From positions 1-64,000 of the forward strand of contig JBEPVF010000005.1 in NCBI GenBank assembly GCA_041691135.1: a stretch of DNA of 64,000 nucleotides, written 5' to 3'. Positions 30,974 to 43,603 of this stretch are shown here, in pieces; positions within the stretch are counted from its first letter, which is position 1; each line of letters starts with the position of its first letter. The notes under the pieces are model-generated. The model saw only the letters and a list, made by a program, of their open reading frames with translations, searched no databases and was not told the origin of the DNA. The translations under genes and the position numbers were made by a program. Origin of the DNA: Candidatus Peribacteria bacterium (GTDB lineage Bacteria; Patescibacteriota; Gracilibacteria; Peribacterales; Peribacteraceae).

Positions 30974-33739
30974 ATGAGAAAACCACGCATCGTTTATCGT
31001 TGTTTTTCGCTCGCTCTCCTGCTCCTGGTGAGTCAGTCGTCAGTGGTGTCCGCGCAATCGCTGAGTAGTGACGCGACACTCCCGGTACCGCCGATGCTGC
31101 AAAATTTGAATCAGAACCCCAGCAGCGCAGGCATGACGACACCGGTCATGCCAATCACACCATCGAGTGAGCACATCGCCATGCCCGCCGGCCAGATCGT
31201 CGAGATCATGGGAGCTGATGCCCAATTGGAATATTCATGGACATTCAGCCGCGATGGAAATTTTTTGGGAGCCGCCCGGGGACATCTGTTCCGCACACGC
31301 GTGGTGCAACCCGGCACCTATTCGTTGCGCGTCGATGCCACCGATATGAATCATACAGTCGAGAGCCAGCAGGAATTTTTGCTCGACGTGAGTACGGTCA
31401 CCGCCAATACATTTTCGGGTTCCGGCGTGCCGGTAGATTTGTCTGTTCCGTCGGCTTCCTCGACGCTCTTCACAACGCAGCCGGCGACAACCGATCATCT
31501 GATCGATTTGCATGGCGCTTCGGTCCTGATGATTCAACCGGCATCATCGGACATCGCAACCATCGATATCGATACGAATGCCAGCGTGGATAGTGACGGC
31601 AATGGAAATCCACAGGACGATCACGACACACTGGACACGTTTTTCCATCAGGCCAAAAACCCGCTGTATATTTGGTTCTCCAACCGTCAGGTACAAGAAC
31701 GTCCGCTGCGGGTTTTGATCACGCTCAACAGCGGACAAGCGAATGATCAGGATCTCACTCTTGTTAGTTCAGCGACACAGGCAAATCAATCGACTCTCAC
31801 GGTACAAGCACAGCCAACTGGTCCGGCAACCGTGCAGTTTTCTCTCGTTCCGCCGCCTGCTCCCAGTGCAGGGAATCCGCTGCTCACCGAATGGTCGTTC
31901 GGCGACAGTACGCAAAGTCTGACTGAGCAGCCCATCCATACCTATGTACGGAACGGAACATACGCAGTTACAGCGCAGGTGCGGAGCCTGACAACCGGCC
32001 GCATCGTGACGCGCGGCCAAACGTCGGTTGTGATCTCTGATGCCAGTGGAACGACAATCGGTGCATCCGTATCGAGTGCCGTATCGAGTGCATCCGTGGC
32101 TGCAACGACAAACGATTCAAGCGGATTACTGTGGTTGGTTCTCAAGATTGTCTTCTCCATCATTCTGATTGGCGGATTGTTTGGAGGATTGCTATGGGCG
32201 ATCTTCCGTCTGTTACGCCGCCGCGGATTTCAATCGCGCTTGGACGACACACTCGACTCGCCTGCGTCTGATCGTGCAAGTTCAGGCAGTCTGAAAGATG
32301 TCATTGATGTGCCGGCTGCGCCATTAACTCTGCGACGCTCGGAGGAGACCAAACCGGTACAGACTGCACCTACACCCGCACCGAAAGCAGAACCGCCTCG
32401 ACCTGTACCACCTCCTGCTGTCACTTCTACACCTGCATCGTTTACACCTGCAGCTTCAAGCAATGCCGCTCCTACTCCTGCATGGCTTCAGAAAGGGCTC
32501 GCCACGAATGACGAACAAAAAGCACCGCTCGATACGGTGCCCGCTCCGCTCCCGACATCGCCGAATGTACGACCGGAACCGGCATCGACACCCGCATGGT
32601 TGCAGCCGAAATCATCGCCGCCTTCAGCCCCGCCCGTAACGCCTGCTCCACTTTCCACTGCACCGAGCCCCGCCCCGACCATCGACGAAACTGAAGCGCC
32701 CGCTTGGCTGAAGAAAGGCTTGAACACGTCGACAGAATCAAATGCACCGTCTTCTTCGACACCTATTGCGGCGCCCGCAAAGCCCGCTGTCCCCGCTGAG
32801 CCGTCGAACCCCTCGCCACCTCCATCACCCGCACCAAAGCCGTGGACTCCTCCACCAGTGAGTAGCCCTTCAGCTGCACCGACTGCCCCTCCGATCGCAA
32901 CAACGACTACGCCGGCGCCCGTTACACCTCCGTTGAACCAGACTGTGCGTCCTGTCCCGCCGCCAAGTCCAACTCCAGCAACAACCACGACGCCGGATAC
33001 TCTTCCTTCGTGGTTACAAGATGCATCGCCTTCTCCGTCTGCCACAGTTCAAACGCCTGCTGCTCCGAAGCCGACCGAACCACCTGCCGAGAGTACAAAG
33101 CCAGCGCCGGTTCCTCCGCCGTTGCCAGTCGCAACCAAGCCGATACCCGCGCCTCAGCCTACTGCCGCATCAAACACACCTGCAACACCCAAGACGACCG
33201 CATCTGCTGAATCGTCTGCTCCCACGTCTCCTGTCGTCTCCGCTCCTGCAACCGCACCAACTCCATCGATAGAACCACCCGCTCCTGCGCCAGTGCCTGC
33301 TGCGACTACACCTTCTATTGCTCCACCCGTGCCTCCGCCAACTGTGTCTCCCAAAGACAATCAGGAACAGGAACACGATGAGCGCGAACGTGAACGCAAG
33401 CGCCGCAAGCGTCAGCGCTACCGGGAAAATCTGAAACGCCGCAAAGAAGCCGGTGAAGTAAGCAATGAAACAGACGATGGACCAGACGAAGACAACGGCC
33501 CTGCCCCTACAGCACCGACATCCGATTCCCTGACCCCGCCCGCTCCACCATCCCCGAGCAGTCCTAGCCCAACCGACGTCAAACAACCGTCCACGCCCGT
33601 TGCAAGTCCGGCACTCCCACCGAGTCCCTCCGCACTGGAAGATACGGATGATGACGTCGCATTCGTCGTCCGTGCCGATAGCCTCGATCCGAATAATTCG
33701 AGCCCTGCGGTGCAAGATCAACCGTCCATTGAGGAATAG
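30974..33739 (+). CDS. PKD-domain membrane protein with a long Pro/Thr/Ser-rich tail
   Basis: Signal peptide, DSDGNGNPQDD, WSFGD...HTY...GTY PKD motif, single TM, low-complexity C-terminal half. Confidence 0.85.
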   Translation: MRKPRIVYRCFSLALLLLVSQSSVVSAQSLSSDATLPVPPMLQNLNQNPSSAGMTTPVMPITPSSEHIAMPAGQIVEIMGADAQLEYSWTFSRDGNFLGAARGHLFRTRVVQPGTYSLRVDATDMNHTVESQQEFLLDVSTVTANTFSGSGVPVDLSVPSASSTLFTTQPATTDHLIDLHGASVLMIQPASSDIATIDIDTNASVDSDGNGNPQDDHDTLDTFFHQAKNPLYIWFSNRQVQERPLRVLITLNSGQANDQDLTLVSSATQANQSTLTVQAQPTGPATVQFSLVPPPAPSAGNPLLTEWSFGDSTQSLTEQPIHTYVRNGTYAVTAQVRSLTTGRIVTRGQTSVVISDASGTTIGASVSSAVSSASVAATTNDSSGLLWLVLKIVFSIILIGGLFGGLLWAIFRLLRRRGFQSRLDDTLDSPASDRASSGSLKDVIDVPAAPLTLRRSEETKPVQTAPTPAPKAEPPRPVPPPAVTSTPASFTPAASSNAAPTPAWLQKGLATNDEQKAPLDTVPAPLPTSPNVRPEPASTPAWLQPKSSPPSAPPVTPAPLSTAPSPAPTIDETEAPAWLKKGLNTSTESNAPSSSTPIAAPAKPAVPAEPSNPSPPPSPAPKPWTPPPVSSPSAAPTAPPIATTTTPAPVTPPLNQTVRPVPPPSPTPATTTTPDTLPSWLQDASPSPSATVQTPAAPKPTEPPAESTKPAPVPPPLPVATKPIPAPQPTAASNTPATPKTTASAESSAPTSPVVSAPATAPTPSIEPPAPAPVPAATTPSIAPPVPPPTVSPKDNQEQEHDERERERKRRKRQRYRENLKRRKEAGEVSNETDDGPDEDNGPAPTAPTSDSLTPPAPPSPSSPSPTDVKQPSTPVASPALPPSPSALEDTDDDVAFVVRADSLDPNNSSPAVQDQPSIEE

Positions 33740-33819
33740 CCGAAATGACCGAATCTCTGTTCACTTGGTCATAAATTGGTTTAGAATGCCAGCGCGTTTT
33801 CAGCGTACGCGCTTCGCAT

Positions 33820-33897
33820 GGCGAGTGTAGCTCAGTTGGTTAGAGCGTCAGGTTGTGGTCCTGAAGGTCGAGGGTTCGAGACCCTTCACTCGCCCCA
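33820..33897 (+). tRNA. tRNA-His(GUG)
   Basis: G-1, acceptor gcgagtg/cactcgc, anticodon arm tcagg-ttGTGgt-cctga, C73, encoded CCA. Confidence 0.97.
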
Positions 33898-33932
33898 TTG
33901 CAAAAAGTAGATGAAAGTTACATTATATATTT

Positions 33933-34265
33933 ATGACAATTGACCAAACACCAAGTGGAAATAATGAAAAAGAATTTGAAGAAGCGTATGGACAATATAA
34001 TAGACTGTGCGGAGATAGCTCCATCGATCATGAAACCGCTGACTGGCTTTATGATTTAACAAAAACTGAACCCATCAAATTTATAAAAGAAGTGCAAATT
34101 ATTTATGAAAGGATAGAAGCAGAAAGACAATTTGATACATTATGCGAACAAAGTCTCATAGATACTCAAACTGCTGAAGCATTAGAAAGATTAAAAGAAG
34201 AAAATCTCCAGGAATTCACTAATGAAGTAAGAAAACTATCAGAAGAACTATTGAGAACCTTATGA
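33933..34265 (+). CDS. AT-rich hypothetical protein with two tandem ~45-aa repeats
   Basis: EA..Q...LC..S.ID..TA..L..L......F..EV occurs twice. Confidence 0.7.
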   Translation: MTIDQTPSGNNEKEFEEAYGQYNRLCGDSSIDHETADWLYDLTKTEPIKFIKEVQIIYERIEAERQFDTLCEQSLIDTQTAEALERLKEENLQEFTNEVRKLSEELLRTL

Positions 34266-34528
34266 AAAGTTATTGATTTCTGTATTGATTATTTCCTAAG
34301 AATTGCAGTCTCATTTTAAAGTGAAATAGAAAGTAACCTTGCCTGTCGCACTTCCCATTCAATCTTCGCGGCATAGGAGAACTACGTTTTCTCTTATTTT
34401 ACTTTTGCCAAAGAAGACTACATCGTCGCTGGCTTGGAGAATCGCCACTACGATGAACTCTGTGCTAACTTCCTCGCGAAGCCGGACTTCCCAAACCCCC
34501 TTTCCACTGGTAACATCCTTGACTAAGT

Positions 34529-35872
34529 ATGGCTGAGCCCCTTTTTCGCACACCCAAAGGCACGCACGATGCTCTCCCGGACGAGCAGACGTACATGACG
34601 TACATCAAGAAAGCCGTGCGTCACCGCGCTCGCCAAGCCGGTTATAAGCGCATCGATCCGCCGATATTCGAATATCGCAGCATCTTTGAACGTGGCATCG
34701 GCGCACACACCGATATTGTAGAAAAGGAACTCTTCACGGTGACCGGTAAAAAAAGTGAGGAGGGAGAGGGGCGTGAGTACGCCCTGCGCCCGGAATTCAC
34801 AGCCGGCATCTGCCGATCGTACATCGAGCATTCTATGCAGCAATTGCCGCAGCCCGTAGAGCTGTACGCTATTGGACAGTGCTTCCGCTACGACCGTCCA
34901 CAGAAGGGGCGCTTCCGGCAGTTCAGCCAGATCGATATGGAAGTCATCGGTCTGCGCGATCCGAGCCTTGATGCGCAGCTCATTCATGTATTTTCCAAAA
35001 TTCTGAGCGACCTCAAAATTCTCCCTCGCCTCACCCTGCAAGTGAACAACATCGGTACGGCCGAAAACCGCGCCGCCTTCGTCGAAGCATTGAAAGATTA
35101 TTTCATCGGCAAAGAGCGCAACCTACCTGCCGACGATCAGCGCCGATTGGAAACAAACCCGTTGCGCCTATTGGATTCCAAGGAAGAAGATACTCAAATT
35201 CTTCTGCGCAGCGCGCCGAAACTCGATCAGTTTATTACCGACGAGAGCAAACAATTCCATGCGACTCTGCTTGAATATCTCGAAGCACTCGGCGTGTCAT
35301 TCATCGAAAATTCCCTGCTCGTCCGCGGCTTGGACTACTACAACCAAACCGTCTTCGAATACTGGGATTCATCCACCGGCATGCAGAATGCCGTGGGCGG
35401 AGGCGGACGGTACGATACGCTGATCGAACTGCTCGGCGGCAAACCGACGCCCGGTATCGGCTTTGCAGCCGGCGTTGAACGGATTATCTGGCACATGAAG
35501 GAAGCGGGTGTAAAAGTGCCCAACAAAGATCAGGTGGATGTCTTCGTGGCGCAACTGGGACCCGAAGCGAAAAAGAAGTGCCTCACGTTGGTATCGGAAT
35601 TGCGCGAAAAAGGCATTCACACCGTCGGAGCGCTCGGCGAAGCGAGCCTGAAGAGCCAAATGCGCCTGGCCGACAAGTTCGAAGCACGTTACACGCTCCT
35701 CCTTGGCAAGCTGGAAGTGAAGGAAGGCACGATCATCGTACGCGACATGAAAGCCGGCAAGCAGAAGCAGATGAAGTTCGAAGAAGCGATCCCGGAAGTC
35801 ATTTCTCTCATTGGAAAGCAAAATCTGGACACGTACGTTCTGCGTGACCATATGGGCGTAGAAGAGGACTGA
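34529..35872 (+). CDS. hisS: Histidine--tRNA ligase
   Basis: PKGTHD, LRPEFTA, FRYDRPQKGRFRQF, LVRGLDYY, GGGRYD. Confidence 0.98.
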   Translation: MAEPLFRTPKGTHDALPDEQTYMTYIKKAVRHRARQAGYKRIDPPIFEYRSIFERGIGAHTDIVEKELFTVTGKKSEEGEGREYALRPEFTAGICRSYIEHSMQQLPQPVELYAIGQCFRYDRPQKGRFRQFSQIDMEVIGLRDPSLDAQLIHVFSKILSDLKILPRLTLQVNNIGTAENRAAFVEALKDYFIGKERNLPADDQRRLETNPLRLLDSKEEDTQILLRSAPKLDQFITDESKQFHATLLEYLEALGVSFIENSLLVRGLDYYNQTVFEYWDSSTGMQNAVGGGGRYDTLIELLGGKPTPGIGFAAGVERIIWHMKEAGVKVPNKDQVDVFVAQLGPEAKKKCLTLVSELREKGIHTVGALGEASLKSQMRLADKFEARYTLLLGKLEVKEGTIIVRDMKAGKQKQMKFEEAIPEVISLIGKQNLDTYVLRDHMGVEED

Positions 35873-35944
35873 CGGAAAAATCAAGAGTGATTTTTGGTGT
35901 TTCATCAGTCATAATACTTGCACGTATTCGTCAGACAAGAACTG

Positions 35945-36658
35945 ATGATCAGCATTGTTATCCCCGCCTATAACGAAGAACGGCGCATTGCCCGATGTCT
36001 GGACGCCTTGGCGCGCCAGATCACCGCTGAACAGATCGAGGTAATCGTCGTCAACAACGCATCCTCCGACCGGACAGCGGAAATCGCCGAATCATTTCAA
36101 GATCGCCTCAACGTGCGCGTGGTCTATGAGCCGGTACGCCGGCGCGGCGCGGCACGAGCTGCGGGTTGCGCGGTAGCACGCGGCGAAATCTTATTTGGTA
36201 TCGACGCCGATAGCGTCCCCACCCCCGATTGGGTCGAAACGTTCGTCGAGGCATTTCGCGCGAACCCAAAGGTAGTAGGTATCGCCGGCACCACACGCAT
36301 CGAAGATTGCAACCGGCTAACCAACGTTGTGTACGATTTTGGCTGGCCTCTGTCGTTGTATCTGTATCGCCTATTCATGGGACACTTCAGTCTCAGCGGC
36401 CACAACTTCGCTGTCCGTCGTGATGCATATGAGCAGGCCGGCGGTTTCGATCCCACATTCGATGCACTCGAGGATGTGGACCTGACCAGTCGCGTCAGCA
36501 AGATCGGCAAAATCAAATTATTACGCCATCCCAAAATCCTCATTTCGGGCCGCCGCTTCCGCAAAGGTTTTCTGCGGGGCCTGTTCGAATATATCTCCAG
36601 CTACATCGAGATTTACTGGCTGGACCGCGGGACAGTGGAGATGAGCAGCTTGCAGTGA
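35945..36658 (+). CDS. Glycosyltransferase family 2
   Basis: ISIVIPAYNEE, NASSDRT, DAD, GGFD...EDVDL. Confidence 0.93.
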   Translation: MISIVIPAYNEERRIARCLDALARQITAEQIEVIVVNNASSDRTAEIAESFQDRLNVRVVYEPVRRRGAARAAGCAVARGEILFGIDADSVPTPDWVETFVEAFRANPKVVGIAGTTRIEDCNRLTNVVYDFGWPLSLYLYRLFMGHFSLSGHNFAVRRDAYEQAGGFDPTFDALEDVDLTSRVSKIGKIKLLRHPKILISGRRFRKGFLRGLFEYISSYIEIYWLDRGTVEMSSLQ

Positions 36659-36704
36659 GGTTTTTGCCATTCAAGAGAGAGGTGTTTTTGCTGACTCCGC
36701 GTAA

Positions 36705-36822
36705 GTGAAGAAACCCGACGGCGCTGAGGGAACCGACGAGGCGATTCGAGATTATTGTCAGTCGCTGCGTGTCTATAAAGAACCGAGGACAATCCTCGGC
36801 TTCTTCGGTTGCGTCGGTTCTC
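36705..36822. repeat. Intergenic element with 9-nt periodic inverted arms
   Basis: gaaccga-type units and ttcggtt-type complements; core shared with 38954-39077. Confidence 0.7.
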
Positions 36823-38883
<2,061 letters not shown>

Positions 38884-38953
38884 TTAGAGAAATTTGAGAG
38901 GGGAAGCAATGTGTAGAACGGCTTTTAGGTCAATTTTATTGAACAGGAACAAG

Positions 38954-39077
38954 GTGAAGAAACCGAGGCAACAAAGGGAACCGAAGGAACCGATGATTCG
39001 AGATTGTTATTAGTCGCTTGATATCTCTCATTATAAAACAAACAGATGATTTGCCTCGGTTCCTTCGGTTTCGTCTG
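38954..39077. repeat. Intergenic element with 9-nt periodic inverted arms
   Basis: Related to 36705-36822 in direct orientation. Confidence 0.7.
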
Positions 39078-39131
39078 ACAAATCCAATTCCCTTGCAATG
39101 ACCCCGATTCTCCCTTAACCTTCCCCGGCCC

Positions 39132-39347
39132 ATGGCTATCTACGCAATCAAGAAAGGCGAAGAAACGAACGACCGTCTGCAGCAGCGGTTTAAGAAGCAG
39201 GTCCAGAAGTCCGGTCTGCTCAAACTCCTGCGCGAACGGAATAGTTTCAAGCGTCCGCTGACGCGACGTCTGCAGCGTCTCCGCGCTCTCAAGCGCGAGT
39301 TCTATCGCGGTCTGAATAAGAAGAAACAGTTTTATTCAAACATGTAA
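39132..39347 (+). CDS. rpsU: 30S ribosomal protein S21
   Basis: KKGEE..DRL.RFKKQVQKSG, basic 71-aa protein. Confidence 0.88.
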   Translation: MAIYAIKKGEETNDRLQQRFKKQVQKSGLLKLLRERNSFKRPLTRRLQRLRALKREFYRGLNKKKQFYSNM

Positions 39348-39409
39348 TTCGGATCTGGAGGTCGCAGACGCTCTTTTGCCGTGCTCAAAATAAAAGGATT
39401 TTGTAATCC

Positions 39410-40237
39410 TCACAAAACAATATGCCATACCTCAAACAACCCCCACATCGCTAATCCAACGAATGCGATGCTGCCCAGGAACGAGATGATGGGCTGTTTG
39501 ACAATAAGGATGGTGCGTTCGGGCGAAAGGAAAAGGCAGATATTGAGCAACAGATGTCCGAGCAGGACGCCAATTGCAAAACCGTACACATGCACCACCG
39601 AGAAGAGCGGCACGTAACCGGCAAAATCATCGAGACCCAGAATGAACGGGATGCTGGCTGAAAAGAGGAGAAGATGCCACCAACTGGGCTGGGGCTTTGC
39701 GTTCAAGGTGGCGTGCGGCACGATACGATTGAGTACGGGAGCCGTGACGCGGTTGATGGCCGCAAGAACGCGCGAACAGATATCGACAGCCGTATGGAAA
39801 AGGCGCGGGTACCGGTTGTCCTCATCCCGTGCATGTTCCAGACCGTCTTCGGCCAACTTGAGCAACACGAGCGATGCCAGCAGGATCATGAGCGCCAGCA
39901 GCCAATCGATATCGCGGAAGAAACTCCAGATGGCCAGGATTACGACGGTACCGAACGCATTGCCGGCGGCCGTACCACATTCGATCGCGATACGATTCTT
40001 CCAGCCGGGATTCGTCCGCATCAGATGGCCGATAAAAATAGCAAAGTCGATCGACGTCTTGATGTAAATCGTCATTCCTACCAGCACATCGGTCCACAGA
40101 ATCGTCAGTTGAATGGGTGCACCAAGGTGAACCATGTTCAAGACGATTATTTCGCCATGCAGTACCGCCCACATCAGCGCGAACACCACGACTGTGAGGA
40201 GCAGAGGAATCCCTTGCTGAAGCAATGTAGGACGCAC
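39410..40237 (-). CDS. Multi-pass membrane protein, possibly CadD/LysE-superfamily transporter
   Basis: About 7 TMs; SIDF and GLDDFAGYVPLF resemble CadD repeat motifs. Confidence 0.55.
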   Translation of the reverse strand: MRPTLLQQGIPLLLTVVVFALMWAVLHGEIIVLNMVHLGAPIQLTILWTDVLVGMTIYIKTSIDFAIFIGHLMRTNPGWKNRIAIECGTAAGNAFGTVVILAIWSFFRDIDWLLALMILLASLVLLKLAEDGLEHARDEDNRYPRLFHTAVDICSRVLAAINRVTAPVLNRIVPHATLNAKPQPSWWHLLLFSASIPFILGLDDFAGYVPLFSVVHVYGFAIGVLLGHLLLNICLFLSPERTILIVKQPIISFLGSIAFVGLAMWGLFEVWHIVL

Positions 40238-40247
40238 CGAGTCGGTA

Positions 40248-41966
40248 CTAACGGACTAACTGAAGACCCTTGAGTAAGGTATCGTCGCGGCCGGTATTGT
40301 CCTGCGTAACACCGACATCCGGATCAATTCCCTGACCGTCGATCCCACGGTTGAGCGGCGTGAACCACTTGGCAATCGTCACTTTGAGCGTCGAGCCGTC
40401 ATCGAAATTGAAAGTCCGTTGTACCGATCCTTTGCCGAAACTCTTCTCGCCTACCAATGTCGCCCGCTTGTAATCCTGCAGAGCACCAGCGACGATCTCC
40501 GACGCACTCGCCGATCCTTTGTTAATGAGCACGACCATCGGCAACGTTGTCGGGAATATCGGATCCATCTCGGTCTTTTCGGTCTCTTCCGCTCCGTCAT
40601 TCGTCTTCACGATGGCATAGGTCGAACCTTTGGGCATGAACGTCCCCATGACCACACCGGCTGTGTGGAGGAAACCACCAGGGTTGTTGCGCAAATCGAG
40701 CACGATACCCGTCGGGTTCTTAAGCGCAACAGCCTGCATCATTGTGCGGAAGTTATCGTCGGTAATCTGACCGAATTGCATCAATTGAATTACTGCCACA
40801 TTGTCGTTGTAACTGACATCAATTTCGGGAATCCTGACCAGATCGCGCACTACATCCAGATCAAACTCCACACCGTTGCGGCGCAGGTGAAGCTTTACAG
40901 TGGTGCCCTTGAGGCCGCGTATCTTGTCGACCGCGTCTTGCAGGGGCAAATCGTTTAAACTGACGCCGTCGGCTTGGAGGATTTCATCGCCACCCTGAAT
41001 GCCCGCTTTTTCGGCCGGCGAACTGCGAAGCGGCGCCACCACTGTGAGAACCGAATGTCCGCCTGCATCCTTGCGCTGTTCGACAGTCGCTCCGATGCCG
41101 GTCACCTCACCGTTCAGTTGGCTCTCGAAATTCTTCGCCGAGCTTGGCGGCATAAAGACCGTGTAGGGATCTTTGACGCTCTCGGCCAGTGCCTCCGCCG
41201 CTTTGTATGCGGCCTGATCTTCATCCACCTTATCGTGATAGTAGTAATCGTTATTCAAGATCTGCCACACCTGCTCCAAGGTGTCCTGATGCGGCAGTAT
41301 TTGTTTGACAGATCCGGTCTTCGATCCGGTCGAACCGGGAAGACTGATCGTGATCGTCGGTATAGTGCGCGTGGGTGCGGCCACCGGTTTAGCCGATGCA
41401 TTTTTGAGCAACTGGAGGGCATCCTTTTTCGAGAGCGCCATCTGCACGCCAAACGTATCGCTGCCTGCAGGCTGGAGCCAGTTACGACTGAGGGCGATTG
41501 CAATCGCCTTCCCTGTATCGGACGTCTGATCGACATCGGTAAAAGATCGCTGCGTCGCAGATGAATCGGTCAGCTTGCGCAGCTGTACGACGAAGAGCAC
41601 AGCCTGACCGCGCGTAATCGCAGCGCTCAAATTGGCCGTACCGCCGATGGCATCCAGTGCACCAACATCCTGCGCCGTCTGAAGATACGGAAGGAGATCG
41701 GATGAGATGCCCCGGACCGTCAGATCTTTCCTGGTAGAAAGCGGCATACCGAAGGCCAATACAGCCTGACGCACGAATTCGGCGCGCGTGATGCGGGCGG
41801 CCGTGGCGGTGACGGTCACATCTTTGATCGTCCGTGCCTGGGCGCTCACCGGCACCAACGCAACACCTACACTGCCTATCAGAAGGAAAGCCGAAAGTCC
41901 GGAGGCAATGCCCGACGTAATACACGTGCGCAGGCGAAACTGACCAGGTTGAGAAGCGTGTGTCAT
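40248..41966 (-). CDS. S41 carboxy-terminal protease (CtpA-like) with N-terminal SLH-like region and PDZ domain
   Basis: DPYT, GIGA, LDLRNNPGG, SASASEIVAGALQD, SFGKGSVQ. Confidence 0.93.
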   Translation of the reverse strand: MTHASQPGQFRLRTCITSGIASGLSAFLLIGSVGVALVPVSAQARTIKDVTVTATAARITRAEFVRQAVLAFGMPLSTRKDLTVRGISSDLLPYLQTAQDVGALDAIGGTANLSAAITRGQAVLFVVQLRKLTDSSATQRSFTDVDQTSDTGKAIAIALSRNWLQPAGSDTFGVQMALSKKDALQLLKNASAKPVAAPTRTIPTITISLPGSTGSKTGSVKQILPHQDTLEQVWQILNNDYYYHDKVDEDQAAYKAAEALAESVKDPYTVFMPPSSAKNFESQLNGEVTGIGATVEQRKDAGGHSVLTVVAPLRSSPAEKAGIQGGDEILQADGVSLNDLPLQDAVDKIRGLKGTTVKLHLRRNGVEFDLDVVRDLVRIPEIDVSYNDNVAVIQLMQFGQITDDNFRTMMQAVALKNPTGIVLDLRNNPGGFLHTAGVVMGTFMPKGSTYAIVKTNDGAEETEKTEMDPIFPTTLPMVVLINKGSASASEIVAGALQDYKRATLVGEKSFGKGSVQRTFNFDDGSTLKVTIAKWFTPLNRGIDGQGIDPDVGVTQDNTGRDDTLLKGLQLVR

Positions 41967-42101
41967 GCAAGATGGGGTGAGGCGGATAAGCATCGTTAGG
42001 TGCGCATTCTATCCGCATTCATGTTCAATTTCCAAGCAGGTTCACTTAAAAACAATTACTTTTAAAAGCACGAATATCGAAATTCGGCGGATTTCAAATT
42101 T

Positions 42102-43466
42102 TTACACCGTCGCTTCTTGAATAACGAACGTATCGGTCGAAAAGATGTGCCCACGTTCCTTTATATTCTCCCGCCGTGTGAAAAGGAAACTCAGCAACGA
42201 AAATCCGCCGGCCACATACAGCAATGATGGAAACAGCAGCAACGCGATAAAGTGAAGCGGCGAGCCGGGCGACGAATGGAACAGATCGCCGAAGGTGTGC
42301 GGATTACCGGGCAGCGCTTCGGGCAGCGATACGAGGAAGTTCGCCGTCGCATGTAACAGTGAAGCGGCAATGAGTCCGATCCAGAGCATCTGCCGACGGA
42401 AAATTTCTTTGCGCGGGATACGCAGGACGCGATGCAGCACTTCCACCAGCCAGAACTTTTTTCCGCGCTGTTCGGCATCCTGAAGATATGGAACCGCGAA
42501 CAAGCTTAATCCAAAGAAGTAGCCCATTACACCCGTGGAGACGATGTGCACCATGCTGGTCAGCACGGAACGTCCGGCAACGTTACCCAGAAAGCCGAAC
42601 CAGTCCTGCTTCTGCGGCGAGTAGAGGTAGTCGTTTACAAAACCCAGGAAGTAGCTCTGATTCAGCACATTTTCGGCAAACGCGAATCCGATGGCGACGA
42701 TCACTGATAGCTGAAGGACATCGTCGATACTCGTGAACACCGAGTAGCCGCTCAGGCGCACAACCCAATACTTGCTCGTTTCTTCCAGAATGCCTATGAG
42801 TACGAACGTGAACGCCAATACGAGAATGGTGGAGATGACGACCGACAGCTGAGGGTACGATGTGCGCACAAACGTCTCGATCGTCACATTAAAATTCTCC
42901 GGCACGATGCGGAAGAAAAAGAACTGCAATTCGGCACCGCGACGCAGCAGTGCGTCGTAGAACAAAATCGGCGCCGTCGACACCATGCCCGAAAAGAACA
43001 TGAGCAGGACACGACTGCGTTTTTCGCGATGATACTTTAGAAACAATGCACTCCACACGAGCGCCGGCACAATCGCCACGGCAATCGCCAACAGGTGAGC
43101 GATGCGCTCGGCAATCGATTCGTTCCACAGAATGTGCAAGCCGACCCATAGAATAAATGAGCCGAGCACCGTCGCCTTCACATGCGGTTCACCCATCCCG
43201 AACATCAAACGCCACAGCAGAAACACAAAGAGCACTCCTATGCCCACCATGGCTGTATTCGATGCCGGATCGTGGTTCAGAATATATTCTGCGATGCGCA
43301 GGATCCCCATCGAGATGAGCGTGCCCAAAACGGCAGCCAGAATGTAATGATAATTCTTCCGCTTCGCTCGTCCGAGCAGATCTGCCACCATCACCGCCAG
43401 AACTGCCAGCAACACGATTATCGTCTTCGCATTGGCCAAGCCGACAATGAAGGACGTGAAGGGCAT
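42102..43466 (-). CDS. PrsW-family intramembrane metalloprotease
   Basis: EETSK, GFAFAEN, two conserved His in TMs. Confidence 0.85.
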   Translation of the reverse strand: MPFTSFIVGLANAKTIIVLLAVLAVMVADLLGRAKRKNYHYILAAVLGTLISMGILRIAEYILNHDPASNTAMVGIGVLFVFLLWRLMFGMGEPHVKATVLGSFILWVGLHILWNESIAERIAHLLAIAVAIVPALVWSALFLKYHREKRSRVLLMFFSGMVSTAPILFYDALLRRGAELQFFFFRIVPENFNVTIETFVRTSYPQLSVVISTILVLAFTFVLIGILEETSKYWVVRLSGYSVFTSIDDVLQLSVIVAIGFAFAENVLNQSYFLGFVNDYLYSPQKQDWFGFLGNVAGRSVLTSMVHIVSTGVMGYFFGLSLFAVPYLQDAEQRGKKFWLVEVLHRVLRIPRKEIFRRQMLWIGLIAASLLHATANFLVSLPEALPGNPHTFGDLFHSSPGSPLHFIALLLFPSLLYVAGGFSLLSFLFTRRENIKERGHIFSTDTFVIQEATV

Positions 43467-43603
43467 AAATCATATAATTATAGCACAATTTTGTCCTTTA
43501 ATAAAGTAGCGGTTTAGGGCTGTTTCATGAATGATACGAGCTGAGATTAGCCAATTGCAGCCTTGCAATTCTCCATTCTTGATTTTCAATTCTCAACTTC
43601 CCA

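Noticed and set aside
32340-33640. Pro-rich region as a DNA tandem repeat array
   Set aside because: Low-complexity coding sequence without a fixed nucleotide repeat unit.
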